Shown here: one piece after another, positions 24,546-38,024 of the stretch | Layout of the letters: each line of letters starts with the position of its first letter | Numbering within the stretch: the stretch's first letter is position 1 | Source: Pristiophorus japonicus | Taxonomy: Eukaryota | Direction of reading: 5' to 3' | Assembly (NCBI RefSeq): GCF_044704955.1 | Contig: NC_091983.1 | Location: forward strand, 79,608,001 to 79,672,000 | Length of the DNA stretch: 64,000 nt | Notes under the pieces: generated by a model | The model's input: only the letters and a program-made list of their open reading frames with translations | Database searches by the model: none | What the model was told of the DNA's origin: nothing | Made by a program: the position numbers and the translations under genes

Positions 24546-26230
24546 GGGGGCAGAGGAAGTTGAGAATACAATGCATAAGAGACCAAATTTGGAAGAGTGC
24601 CAAATTCTTGGACAGTTGGAGGCCTGGAAGAGGGCTGAGGTTATGAAGGAATTTAAACACTGGGATGAGAATTTCAAACTTGAGGTAAACATAGATGATG
24701 GGTGAGCGGGACTTGGTGCTGGTTTGGATATGGGCAGCAGAGTTTTAGATAAGCTCAAGTTTATGGAGAGTGGAGAATGGGCAGCTTGCAAGAGGGAGCT
24801 GAAATAATGACTGGAGGTGACCAAAGAACTGTCTGAATCTTGGAGTCCGTTTGGAACTTTAAAAATATATTATTCAAATTAATAGAACTGCAGTAGTAAG
24901 AAATGTAAGTTTAATATTTAGGGAGTGAACGCTTTTATTTTCCTTTTTGGAGGGGCTAGACTTAGAATTTCCTCTGTAAATATACATCTATGTACAAAGT
25001 CTTGAATATGATGCACCGTTCCTGTTCGCAAGCAGTTAAAAACAGACGTTACCCAAGGAGGATCTAGTGGGATGCTTTTACCTGAAATTCTCACCTCTGA
25101 TGCCCCCCACGTAGTGTACGCCAGCACAAAACACTTTTAAGGGGGCAGAATTGGGTCCCACCTAGTTTGTAAAGGCCAGTTTCCTTTCAGTAGTTGATCA
25201 CACAAAATTATTCATCTTCTGCTGGACCAGTCAGCATACCTCTATGGTGGCTGACCAATGTTATCATTTCTACCCTTCTCCCACTAAGCAGATACACCAG
25301 CCATGCAATACTGGCATGGGCATCAGCCCACTATATATTTAAATTGCCTAAACCTGGGAATTCCTACAGAATCTGGAAAGTGGGATAAGGCTGGATAGCC
25401 TCTTGTTGGCTGGCATGGACACGATGGGCCGAAATGTCCTCCTTCCATGCTGTAAACGTCTATGATTCTATGATATAAATGGCCACTGTAGGGGAAGTCC
25501 AGTCATTGTTAAGGCCATGTGGGATTGTAGAGTTTTGGCCCTGCTTTTTCTCCTCCACTTCAGTATCTTTTATGAAAATGGATACGTAGAAATTCTGTAA
25601 AACCTTGAACTTCTGTTGTCAAATTCATTTAAAATGGCTTATATATACTTCAAAAGTCAGAAAAAATGATTAAAGTAGATGAGAGTTTGAGTAAAGCCTT
25701 TATTAGTCGACTCACTGTTGTAGTTACTGTTAATCTTATCTTCGAGTCTCAGAAGAGTAGTCTGCTCGCCACCATTTCAAAGTTGTCCCTTGATAGTTAA
25801 AAATAAAATGCAGTTTGAGGTTCTATAGTGCCCATTATCTTGTTAATGAGGTTACTTTGAATTGCCAAGAGGCATGCCATGTTGTGTTCTCATTTGTACT
25901 CCCAGAACTGACCTTGTTAACTGCATGTGGATACGTATATAGCATGTTTGGATTAAGTCGCTCACTCTTAATACACAAATGCTCCTCCAGTGTCTCATTT
26001 GAGCGTTCAGTTCCCACAGAATTAATGGGCTTGGGTCCAGATACATTCAAATACTTAGTAGCAGCCACAACATTTGTTTTAAAAAAAATTGATTGTAACT
26101 TTTATCACCAAATAGTGTTAATGCTTACTGCGAGCTGAGGTGTTGTCAAATCTGACAAATATATCTAATGTACTCCTTTTATTTTCAAGTAATTTAAATC
26201 ATTTTATTTTCCAGCATAAAATGACTTCTT

Positions 26231-27311
26231 GGGCCCAAGTTTCCACATGATTTGCGCCTGATTTTTAGGAGCAACTGGTGGAGAACGGACTATCTTAGAA
26301 ATCGCAATTCTCCACATTTTTTTTCTGCAGTTCTAGTCAGGTAGAACAGTTCTAGTTTGGAACAGAATTTTTTCTTCAAAACGGGGCGTGTCCGGCCACT
26401 GACGCCTGATTTGAAAGTTTCCACAGTGAAAACGTACTCCAAACTAAAGTAGAATGGAGCAAGTGAAGATTTTTGTAGAACTGAAAAAACCTGTTCTGTA
26501 CATTAAAAAATCAGGTGCAGGTTACAAATCAGGCGTCCAGAACGAGGTGGGGGGGAAGGGGAGCTCATTAAATTCTACAATAAATCCTTATTTATACTTA
26601 TACAATTATTATACAAATAAATCCAACCTGAATGAACATTTATAAGCAAAGAAAAGATTAAATAAACCATCTTCCTACCTGTGTGAAAGTGCTGCAGCCA
26701 GGAAGAATGCTGCAGCAAGCGTCACAAAACGAGGGAGCCGACCGAACGCGGGTGGGAGGGAGCCGACCGAACGTGGTGGTTGGGGGGGGGGGGGGGGAGC
26801 CGACCGAACGCGGGGGGGGGGGGGGGAAGAGAGAAGGCTGCAGGAAGCCTCAAAAATTGAGGAGCCATTTCCTGACGGCAAAAGGGGGAGGTCGTCGGGA
26901 AACGGCTGGCTCAACTTTCTGAGGCTTCCTGCACCCTTCTCACTGCTACAAGAAGCCTCAGTGCTGATGTGTTGATGGCAATGTACTTTTATAAAAAAAT
27001 GTTCAAAAATTAAACAGCTACAAAGAACTACAAAAATGGCCGAGTGCCAATGTTTTTTTCACACTGAGCATGTGCGAATGCTCCAACGCGCACGCGCAGC
27101 GTTGCCGGCAGGAAAAAAACTAATTTAAATAGTACCCGCCCCCTCCCACTTACAAAATCGGCGCGAGTGTAGGCTCCGCCCCCCTGGGCGCAGCGCCAGG
27201 CAGACAAGGAGCTGCAAAGCTTTCGAGAATCGCGAGTTTTTTTTTAGGCGCGAAAAACGGGCGCCCAGCTCGGAGGGGCGCCCGTTTTTTTTCATGTGGA
27301 AACTTGGGCCC
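26231..27311. mobile_element. Complete non-autonomous Harbinger-type MITE
   Basis: Perfect 20-bp TIR GGGCCCAAGTTTCCACATGA and 3-bp TSD CTT on both sides. Confidence 0.93.
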
Positions 27312-28328
27312 CTTGTGACTACTTAGCACCCAACTGAAAGAAAAATATATTTCCACTACTAAAGTGCCGGAACAGCAATTATATAAGCTGCCTCCCAATG
27401 TGCAATTTCACGCTATATTATTTAGGTAAGTTTTTAATTACACAGGAGATATATTTGAATATTATGCTGCTAACTGACTCCAAGGAGATTAAATAATTAT
27501 CAATTATCTAAATCTTTTAATTTTAAGGTCTTTCTCATCATTTCTCTTTCGCACATGGAGACATCTTATTTCTACATATCTATGTTTGTTTCTCTCAGTA
27601 ACCAGCCACTAGGAGATGCCCTACAACAGCTTTGACTGTGGCTGTGTCTTTGGTGTTCTCTCCCTGCAAAGAAATGGCTCCTTTGGGAACAAGGGAACTC
27701 GCTGTGTAGCTTGCCACTTTGGAGTGAGTTCAATAAACTTCCATTATTGGAAATCTTTTCGACAATTGATATGTTTCTTCACAGTAATTCGTGTAACCGA
27801 GAGCACACTGTAGGCATTGCTGGCTCACTGCTTTCTCAACATTGCAATGCAATACAGTTGGTGATCTTTGAGAAAGCGACTTAATCTATTAAAGTTTAAA
27901 TGACAAACTTCAATCTAAATAGAGTCAAGCAATTAATATCCAGGATTAAAAAGTAATAAGGGAACTGGCACTGAAATGGGCAAAGGCTACAAATATCAAA
28001 GTAGTAAAAACTTTCATTTCTGAATTTCTACATAAATGACTCCCCATCCCCACTTTTTCAATTCTAATAACTGGACAGGATTTAAAATTTTACAACTATG
28101 GGGTGGTATGCTTTACAGAGATGTCTAAATGTCAGCAGACGTGCACAGATTTTATTGCACCACTTTTTAAATAAAAGATGAAGAGGGAAAGTAGGATGCC
28201 ATAAATCATGAAAAGTAAAGATAAGGGAAATAAAACAACACTGTCCAGAATGGGACACACTGAAGAAAACCATCAGTACATTATCTGGCACTAAAGAATG
28301 ATTGATTTTTTTCCAATGTAGAATTCAA

Positions 28329-29135
28329 GGGCTGGATTTTAAGGAGGAGGGCGGGTTGGGGTGGGGTATCCAAGGTGGTCGGGAAACACTGGGTGCCAGG
28401 TTTCCCGCAGACCCTGCTGACTTTAACGGCAGGGACTGATTTGCATGTGTGACCTCGGTTTCCCGCCCAGCCAGAGAGAGAGGGTGGCTGGCTGTGGGCA
28501 GGTAGGCCGCAGAGAGGAGGGATTGCATGGGGGCCGAGGGTCGGCTGGAGAAGCACTGGGAGGACGGTCTGCAGACGATCGCGGGCCAGGGGGAGTGGGG
28601 GATCTTCAGGCGATGTTGGGCCCGGAGCAGCATCGTGAAGGCCGGAGGAGCAGGGGCTTCATGGAGGCCTTGGTGGGGGGAGGGGGGTATGATTGGTGGC
28701 CTGGAAGGGGCGGGGGGGTGGGGAGAATCGGAAGTCTGGGGGGTTGAGCGTCTCCGATCGCGGGGGGGGGCAGGGGTGGGTTAGGCAGCGACCCAGGATT
28801 TAGGAGGTAAGTGTGAAGGCACTTACCTCCCGGATACAGCAGTCCTAGCCTTGCTCTAACTGCTAGGTTTTACAAATTGTTTCAAACCAGCTGCGGTTAA
28901 AAACAAAATGGAGGCTTTCAGATTCATGATATTTAAATTAACATCCTGCCTCCTGGGAATGGGTTGGCCACCTGTCCCTCCCCCCTCCCCCCCCCCCCCC
29001 CAATCCCGCCCCACCTCTATTAAAACCAGAAGTGGGTCGATTGGAGGCAAGTTCAGGTTGCAAATCCCATTTTTAACAATTTAACTGCCCCCACGCACCC
29101 AAACCACCCATTACTTTTAGGTTAAAATTCTCCAC
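28329..29135. mobile_element. Degenerate Harbinger-type MITE
   Basis: Left end GGGCTGGATTTT is the same 12-mer as the H2 TIR. Right end ttaaaattctcc is decayed. GC-rich body. Confidence 0.6.
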
Positions 29136-30757
29136 AGAGACTTTGTAACATCACAGAACAATTAGACTTGGAGCAAATGAACTGCAACCTTATTTATTTT
29201 AAAGTGGCAGAACTTCGGAACCAGAGCATTTGGTTTGTTCTATTTTGCTTTCTCAAAATTAATGATCACCAACTGGATTGCCTTGCAATGTTAAGAAAGC
29301 AATGGAAACCATGGAATATGTGCCCTAACCAGAGGTAACCTCTGCTTTCCCCCAGTGCTCTGTCTATTCCAATTAGAACAACGGTCTATGAGCATTAAAA
29401 GGGACTCTGCTTTTCCTAAGTGCTCGGGTGATAAATTGAGCCATATGAACAAATTATATTTGAATGAATTCTTAACTGTGAAAGAATTAGTCCAAAGAAT
29501 CTTTGCCGGGAAGGCAATGTTTATATTATTGTGGGGTAACCTGTGTGTGCACTTTCCTGGTCAACAAAAGGGCAACTTATTAATCAATGAACTGATGAAT
29601 ATTTGGATTCTGGGCTTGAGGATTATGTATAGTGGAAAACATTTTGGATATGATTTAAAGCCTTGCATATAGTGGGAGGTGCATTCAATCTCCATTTCTT
29701 TCTGCATTTTGAACTGTTTTTTGTTACTGAGCAGAATTCTCTTAAATCCCAGGCATGTGTCATATGTCAACACAATTTGAATTTCAACGCCTACAGGGTT
29801 GAAATTCGCCTGATAACGCTACCCGTTAGCACCGATGCTAGGCAGCTAACTGGTGGCAAAGGCTACCTTCGACAGTAAGCAATGTCGACGCCGTGTCCTA
29901 AATTCAGTTGGCTCTTTGGCAGAGGCACCAAGAGGCAACGCTCCGCTGGCTAATGCCACCCACGTGGTGACATCATTCAGCGTACAACGCCTCTTTGATG
30001 CCTCTGTCGCGACATTTGCTTTGTATGGCTGCCGTATAAACAGGCGGCCATACAGCTAGGAAAAAGTCGGCGTAAAAGAGCGGATCTCGGGCGGAATCAC
30101 CCAGAAAGGATAGTAAGTTTTTCTCTCTCTTTATTTCTGCATGTTTTCATTAGTTTTAAGAGTGGGGAAGTGGATCGGAGAAGTTTTAGTTTTTTCTTCC
30201 TGTTTTTTTTTCTAGTATGGTGGCAGCCTTCCGTCGGGAAATTCAGTAGGCTTCCTGAGCTCCCGCCTGAGGATGAGTGTACAACACCACTTTTTAGTGC
30301 TGCTCTCTCATCTTTGGGCGTAAAAACTGAATTTAGGGGCTGGATTTTCGGCTCATTTGCGCCTGTTTAGCGCCTGGGCGAGGCGCAAAAATTATTTTTT
30401 TGCCACGAAATGAGACGCACAACATTTTGCGCCTGGGCGGAACTTTCGGCAGTTGTTTTGCGGAAACGCTTAAACTTAACGCCCGCCTGATGTTTTCACC
30501 GTTTGGATGACGTCAATCGGCAAGCAACCCTGCACTAGCACCCCGGGCGGAACTTTTGAGCATATCGCCCGACTTAGCGTCCGCCTGGGAACCCGCCAGC
30601 AAAAAGCGGCCTGACCCAGGCACTAGCGGCGCCACCTTTAAAACGGAGGAGAAGTTGAGTGCATAAAAGGATTGGGAAAAAAGGCTGCGTTTTTCATAGT
30701 GAAGTTTTATGTGAGTTTATAATTTGTTTTAAAGGACATTTAAGGATAGTTTCAAAG

Positions 30758-31922
30758 ATGGGGCCACACTATGCCAGCCATTAATGCTAGCTGCTATATC
30801 TATACGGCATCAAGCTGGAAGAAAGCTTATTGATGAGCATTTTCAACATAATCAAAGAGGTCGCAGACGTATGGCGAGGAGACCTTACCCCCAATGAGTT
30901 TACAGGGAACAGCGCTCATACCTGCATCTCTGAGGCACAGTGTGTTCGAAGGCTGTGCTTCCGAAAAGAAGTGCTGACAGAGATATGCCAGCTCATAAAT
31001 GCAGACCTACAGCCTACCAGTGGCAACAGGATTGCACTGCCCGTCGAGTTGAAGGTGTCTGCGGCACTTGCCTTCTATGCCTCTGGCTCCTTTCAGGCAT
31101 CAGTAGGGGTCATATGCTCCACCTTGCAGCACATTCTACATTGCTGCACTGTATGCATGCAGGATGGACTTCATAAACTTCCCAATGACCAAGAAGGCCC
31201 AGAATGAGATGGCTGTAGGTTTTGGATGATTTGCTGGCTTCCCCAAGATTCAGTGTGCCATTGACTGTACGCACATCGCCCTGTGAGCACCTTTACACAA
31301 TCCAGAGGTTTACCGAAACTGAAAGGAATTCCATTCCGTGAACGCACATATCGTCTGCGACCATACTCGGCGCATCATGGCAGTCAATGCCCAATATCCA
31401 GGGAGCATTCATGATGCTTTCATCTTGCGTGAGAGCACTGTCTCAGGCATGTTCCAATATCAACCACAAGGCCAGAGCTGGATGCTGGGGGACAAAGGTT
31501 ACGGCCTCGTCACCTGGCTCATGATCCCCCTTGGGAAACCTCAGACAGAAGCCGAGCATCGCTATAATGAGAGCCATTCAGCCACACGCAACATCGTCAA
31601 CAGACAATTGGAGTGCTCAAGCAGTGTTTCCGATGCCTGGACCCTCAGGAGGCTGCCTGCAATACTCCCCTCAGTGGCTCTCTGAGTTCATTGTGGTGTG
31701 CTGCATGCTACACAACTTAGCCATCATAAGTGGACAGGATTTGCCCATGGGGATTGCAGGACCACCTCAGGAGTTTGGGGGGGGCGGTGGGGAGGAGGAA
31801 GATGACGATGAAGAGGAGGAGCCTGGCGAGGAACCCGTGCCACCATCACAGCCACAACCATAGAGGAGGCCTATTGGAGCTTTCGCCGCTGCAAAAGCCT
31901 TACGTCAGCAGCTCATAACTGA
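30758..31922 (+). pseudogene. HARBI1-like transposase of H2, disrupted
   Basis: LAFYASGSFQ, AIDCTHIA, YPGSIHDAFIL, MLGDKGY, YNESHSATRNIV and CCMLHNLAI, with frameshifts and stops. Confidence 0.92.
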
Positions 31923-32269
31923 ACCCCTCATTTTGAAAAGTGAATGCCATGTTTGACCGTTGCCTGCCCACTCTATCCCACCATGTTGATTATTCCCCCT
32001 CTTATTCTGCAAATGAGACACTACACAGGAATGGCTAAGGTGAACAATAGAATTTATTAAACATTGTAAACTTTGTCAACTTTGTAAACATAATTGTGAA
32101 ACTTTAATAAAATTTATTAAACATTGTGAACTTCTATAACTTTCTGAACATAATTTGAAAACTTTGAAAGCTTTAATAAAATAATAACAACAAAACAACA
32201 ACTCCTTCCCCAATGTCTTTTACCACTGGCTCACCCCCCCCCATCCCCACCCTTATCCCCCTCCCTCAC

Positions 32270-34040
32270 CTGATGCCCCTATCCAAAGTGGCACCAAGAG
32301 TTTGTGCATCAAGGCGGCCAGAGTCCTGCTGTGTTGGGGGAAGAGATATTGGAGATGCTGTCTGGGGACGCACTGGATCAGCTTGTGGCGAGGAAGGCCC
32401 GGCTTCTGACTAGCGAGCCTCTTTATCGGCGTCGTCAGTCACAGGTGGTTGTGGGTCTGGGTGTCACGCAGAGAGTATGGCGGAAGGGTTTATGGGCTGC
32501 ATCACCTGCCCAAGCTGAAGCGGAGCTCGTGCCTGTGATGCACCATATTCGGAAAGGTTTCTCGCCACATTCTCTGTGACTCCAGTGTCACTGCTGGATC
32601 TACCAGCCTCGTGTGAGCACTGATGGCCTCGCAGGTTTCGCGGCTCACACCAACAATCTGCGACCCTAACTCCGTTATGGATTCAGTGAGTTTCTCGATG
32701 CTCACAGGAATCCTATCCAGGACATCAAGGAGCTGACGGGTGAGTTGGATGCTCTCCCTGGACAGTCCCAGCATGTCCAGTTCCACATCTGCCTGTCTGT
32801 CAGCAGACCGACTTTGCCGACTCGCCCTCCGGAGAGATGGCATATGGGATTCGACCTCAGAACTGCGTTGCTACACACCACTAGTCCCAGGAGCCTCGGA
32901 GGTCTCAAAGCCCGAGAATGTAACATCATCCTCGGACGAGGTGTCTGCCGGTGGAAAGAGGTGTAGAGTGCATCGGCCCCCCTCCCCGCAGTCTGTTGAT
33001 CGCTGAATTCCTTTTCCACTTCCTCCTCCTCCCCCACATGATGGCCTGACGTGGAGGGTTGATCCCAGGGATTCGGTGCCTGCGACTGGTCATCTGAAAG
33101 TAGAAAGCAACAGACGAGTGGTTAGCAGCAGGGGAGGGGGCAGGATGATGCGAGCAAGGGTCCGTAGCATCGACTTATTTGAAGGACCACTGCTGCTCCA
33201 TTATATGTAGTCCAGAGACCCTACATCACATTGCCCCAACCCTAGTCCACAGACATTTCCCCAAACCAGCCCAGAGAGCGTCGGGACTTATCCTCAGTTT
33301 CCAAGTGGGGGTCAGTACCCCCACTGGCAGTTTCCCGACCTGAGATGGCGATGAGACCTGCCACGCGCTCCTCCAGGTTGGTGAATGGCAGGGTCAGGGG
33401 CAGACCACTGCCTGTCCGCACCTGCTCGCGCTGACTATGAGACTTCTTTTCTGCAAAGATGAAAATAGGAATGCTTACAAGAAGGTCCATCTGCTCTTGT
33501 GGCACACACAGATAGCCACTAAAGCACTTATACCATACTGTGTGAATGTAATTGAGTCCTCTGTATAATGGCCTTGGAAGATGCATATCATTCATCAGGA
33601 GGATATTGAAGTGTGGAAACATCTTATGAGATTTCAGAAAGCAATCTTAATAATGTGTAACGATCATTCATGGCAAATAGGGTGCCAGATTAAGCCTACC
33701 TATGTGTCATGCATTTTAGGAGGCAACGCAGAAAGTGCTGAGAGCCAGAAACAGCATGAAAACAAACAGTGTGTCACATTTATAACTTAAATAATGGAGT
33801 GCATCAATAAAAATTGTACTCTAACGACCCTCGAAAGATCGTTAAATTTCTTTCGGCACTGTGTTGCACTCCTTACAACAGTGTCCGAGGCAGAGACCTC
33901 CTCTGCAATTTTTCTCCAGATTTAGTTAAAAATTGATGGCAGGGGTCGAGATCCATCTCTACGCTCCTCAGCCCCAAGAGAGCTTTGTTTGCCTCTTGGC
34001 TAAATCGTCTGGCACGCTGTCTGCTGTCCTCCTCCATCAT
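32270..34040 (-). pseudogene. Myb/SANT-like gene of H2, three exons (34040-33820, 33450-33292, 33093-~32270)
   Basis: RARRFSQEAN...QCRKKFNDLSRVVR|GT. Exon 2 contains REQVRTGSG and its donor has decayed to ATAAGT. Exon 3 is acidic and follows tttcAG. Confidence 0.8.
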
Positions 34041-36239
34041 GAAAATCCAAAAGGAAAATGGCTGATTTAGCCACTGGTGTAATGTGCATGCATGCAGCCA
34101 CACCCTGCATTAGCGTTTGCGATCGGACAGCAGACCAGAAGCACGAGAAGAAAAAAAAAATGACGCACATGCAGAACGACCGATTTTTTTCCGGGGCAGT
34201 ACTCCAGTGCACAAAATCTGTTGTGCATGCCGGAATTAGCGCTAACGCTCGTCGGCAACTTCGATTTGTCAAAAGTTGCGTGCTCTGACGCTAACGCTAA
34301 TCCGACACTAAAAAAAATTTTCACCACGATTTGCACCCTAAAACGGGCGAAATCGCAAAAACCCAAAAATCCAGCCCTAGGACTTTTATGCTGCGCCTAA
34401 CGTCCGGCGCTAAAATCAGCATTTTTGATACCGTCTCAAAAATGGCTATAGTGAGTTTTGACCCCTATGACTTTACAAGTCAAGAAGTAAAATGAGAGAA
34501 GAGGAAAGTCTGTGTTCGGGAATGGAATACGTTTTCAATTTTGCCACTATCCGCATCAGCGACTCTCCGTTCTGTTATCAAGCTATACCTGATTTTCCCT
34601 CATAAACCAATCTATTTGTTTCCCTCGCACAAGGAAGAATTGAGCTCCATTCTGAACCCAAATTGAGGACGTATGGAGCTATTCATGTATTTAAACATGC
34701 TTTACTTGAATCCAGTTGTTTTGAAATTTCTGTCAGTAATTGCACATTTTTTAAAGCCGATGTTTTGAATTCAAAGATCTGAAACTAAATCTCCCTATCG
34801 TGCTTTAGACTTGTCCAAATGCATTGTTATCTTCAGGAGCCATTTACCCTGCAGCTGTGATGGTAATTTGAGTTTGGCTGTGAAATGGTTTTGTTAGGCT
34901 TTCATGTGAAATTTATCAGCAAGCAGGAGATATGTTTCTTCTTAGGTTATTGAAAAATGTCCCCCTCCCTCAAAAATAATATCATGTTCAGCAATTGCAA
35001 GGCAGTCACGCTCAGTACATATGCAGCGGCTAAAATAGCTCCCAGATAGGGTAGTATAATTTCAACTCCTGCCCCTGCTTCATTTTCTATTGTTTTTGGG
35101 TAATGTCCAAATTATTGAAGTGTTTTCAACAAGCATTCCCTTTCATTTGTGAACCATTGAAGTCTACAGCTCAGAAGGAGTCCATGGTGTCTGTGCCAGC
35201 TCTATGCTAGAGCAATCCCAAATTATTCCCAGTGCCCTGCTCTCCCCATGCCCCATGTGTTCCTCTGCTTCAAATATTTATCCAATGATCCTTTAAAAGA
35301 TGAAATGGTCTCTGTTGCAGTCACTTCTTGTGACAAAGCATCCCATGCACCAACAACGCTCTAAAGAAATTTATCCTAACCTCTCTCCTCACTCTTCCTG
35401 AATCCCTACGCCTTTCTGCCAACTATCTGCCCATTCCATTAGTCTCTCTGTCTTCCTGAAATCTTTTGCCAAATGTTGTTTGTCAAATCTTAATTTGTTG
35501 AGCATTAGTTTAGTGGGCTATTAAGCTTTTATCAATAATTGGTTTAATCAATTTTCATTCCATTTACCAAACCCAACAACTTACACTTGTATACTGCATT
35601 TTAACATAATGAAATGTCATAAGGTGCTTCACCAGAAAAGGTGAAGCTGAGACTGAACAGGGATTGTACGTTAATTGGTAGCGGCAACCCAGAATTGGAT
35701 TGATTTTAGGTAAGATTAAATAAAGTTGGGTAATAAATAATTATTTGAGAAGTTAAAATTTGCAAAGCTTATGTACCTAAAAGGGAATGAAGAATTGCAT
35801 ATGTTCCAAGTCCCATTTCACTTTTGATACAAAACATAGGAAAAATTAGTGGCATGAAGCTGTAGAACATAGTTTATCTCATCGCACATTAGCACTGTGG
35901 TTAAAGCAAGAACTAAATCACCAAGAGATGGAGGCTTGTTATCTCTTTCCTACAGAATTAGACATTTCTGGAATTCATAAACCAGGCCACGACTTTGAAA
36001 ATAATGCAGCACCAGTGGTCCCCTGGATATAGGATATTGCTGCTTGGTGGAAGAATTGTATAAAAGGACTTTTTCGAAAAAAAAATTAAAAAAGGAAGGG
36101 ATAAACTGGAAGAAGTGGCAGTCTGGTAATAAGCAAATTGTATTCAAAATGCTAATAAAGGGTAGCATAGTGACTGTGTCAGTAAGTGGTAGAATGGTTA
36201 GAAATGGGATTGAAGGTTATAAGTGTGGATAGGGATACA

Positions 36240-36450
36240 CAATGCAACATCCTGACTTGGAGATATATCACCATTCCTTCATTGTCATTGGTCAAAACCC
36301 TTCAACTCCCTCCTTAACAGCACTATGGGAGTATCTTTACTGCATAGACTGCAGCAGTTCAAGAAGGTGGCTCACCATCATCTTTTCATGATCAATTAGG
36401 GATGGGCATAAATGCTGGCCTTGCCAGCGACGCTTAAATCCCAGGAACAA
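36240..36450 (+). mobile_element. Old LINE 3' end, same family as the host LINE at 57665-61992
   Basis: catcctgacttggagatatatcacc...cagcactatgggag matches the reverse complement of 57665-57740 and 59750-59800. Confidence 0.65.
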
Positions 36451-38024
36451 ATTTTTAAAACTGCTTTGTGGAATGCTTCATTCTTAAATTGCTGGGATCA
36501 TGGTAAGCTGACTGCAGATGAATAATATAGATTATCAAAGTAGATGTTCCAGAATTTTTCTGGATTATATCTTGGGGAAGGAGAAAGAAAGAAGAGATAA
36601 GGAGAAACTTTGCAGCATCTTCCATCAGGAAAATTGGGGATAACCTAGTATTGTCTGATCAGCTGAAGTATTTTGTTTATCGATTCAAGGAAGCCCGAAT
36701 CTGCAAGAATGGATGGAGTAACAGTTGACACGAGAGAAAACTGATGGGAACTAGTTTGGTAAAGACAACCATTTTAGTTTAAAGAAAAAATTGTATTGTT
36801 TGGGAGGAAACTCGAAGCATGAGAAAGCAAATTGAGCTTTATAATGGTGGAAAATCTGGAAGATGGCACACAAACATGGCTGTGCAAAATATCCATTCAT
36901 TCAAAAGGAAAGTAACTCCTTAAATTGTCTACTCTATAGTGGAATTATGACTTAAATAAGCAGAATGTCAAGTTGTCTGGCTGTGACTTTGCCGCTTGGT
37001 CTTTGAGCTGAACCTTCTCCTCATAACAACATTACCTAGTTCAAAACACGTAGTGCATTTTGGAGCGACTGCAGTGTGATCATTCAGCTGATTTCCATGT
37101 TAATCAGTATTTATTTTTCCATTTGGTATCTGTGAAAAAGCCTGTGAAGATACTCAGATGGAGCTGTTTAGATTGGCTGGGTTTTATGAGTATTTGCTTC
37201 TTAGTTAATGTGAACATCTGTTTTCTCAGTGAAAGGGGGTCTGAATTGAATTACAATTAACTATTGGTCATAATCGCTAAAGTGTGTATATTAATGTACA
37301 TTTTAGCTATTCGGTGTCCTGAACTCATTATGTTACTTCCTTTTAAAGAAGACACATTGTTCTTTTAACCTCTATCAGTTGGAAGGCCAAGCAAAACGCA
37401 GCATGTCTTATTCCAGCTGGCACAGCGCATTATCATAATGCAATTTTAATTTTATGTTTCTTTCTTCCAATGATGTTGTGTATCACTAAAACATTCAATT
37501 ATTTTTTTATTGCTGCACAGGAATGAATGTAATAAATAACAACTTCTTCACTGAAATGCTACTTTGGTAGCAAGTTGTTCATACAGATACTCCATCTGGT
37601 TCGAATTACAGGCCAGGATAGTGTCACGTTATATTGAGTAAGCCTAAAGCATCTCTGAACTATAATATTCACCACCTTGTATTTTCTAGCCTGAAAGGCT
37701 TTCTCTTTTTTTTAAAGATCTTAATCCTAAATGCTATTCTGCGTGCATTGTAACTATTATGTGTTCTCTGTTTTAATCACTTGTACAAAAATAATATGCT
37801 TCTTGTTAATATGTCTAGACAAGAATTAGAACACACAATACCTGAAGCATTTCAATAATCTTAAAATAAGGGAAAGGTTAGTAAGTCTTTTGCAAGGAAG
37901 GTTGAAATCATATTGGATCAGTAGCTATAGACTGAGATGAAATGCATGTTATTGAGGCAGATGAAATCCAAAAAACAATTCTTCATATTAAGCATTATAT
38001 GCACAAAACAGTTTCTGTGTACTA

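Larger units (their letters stand above)
30337..34377 (+). mobile_element. PIF/Harbinger DNA transposon, autonomous architecture, decayed (element H2)
   Basis: TAG|GGGCTGGATTTT...AAAATCCAGCCC|TAG: 12-bp TIR and perfect 3-bp TSD. Convergent transposase and Myb/SANT genes. Confidence 0.94.
29795..34465. mobile_element. Non-autonomous Harbinger-type MITE (~630 bp net) interrupted by element H2
   Basis: Ends AGGGTTGAAATTC and GAGTTTTGACCCC are both compatible with CpG decay of GGGTCGAAATTC. The sequence joins across the TAG TSD of H2. Confidence 0.65.

Noticed and set aside
24144-24824. 226-aa ORF
   Set aside because: Chimera of an L2 remnant and simple repeats inside a MITE.
32045-32190. AT-rich tandem repeats, superficially array-like
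   Set aside because: Imperfect local duplications in the H2 intergenic/3' UTR region; no repeat-spacer structure.
37520-37640. Candidate next host exon after ttttttattgctgcacAG
   Set aside because: The phase-2 frame hits a stop within six codons and shows no HS1BP3-like sequence.
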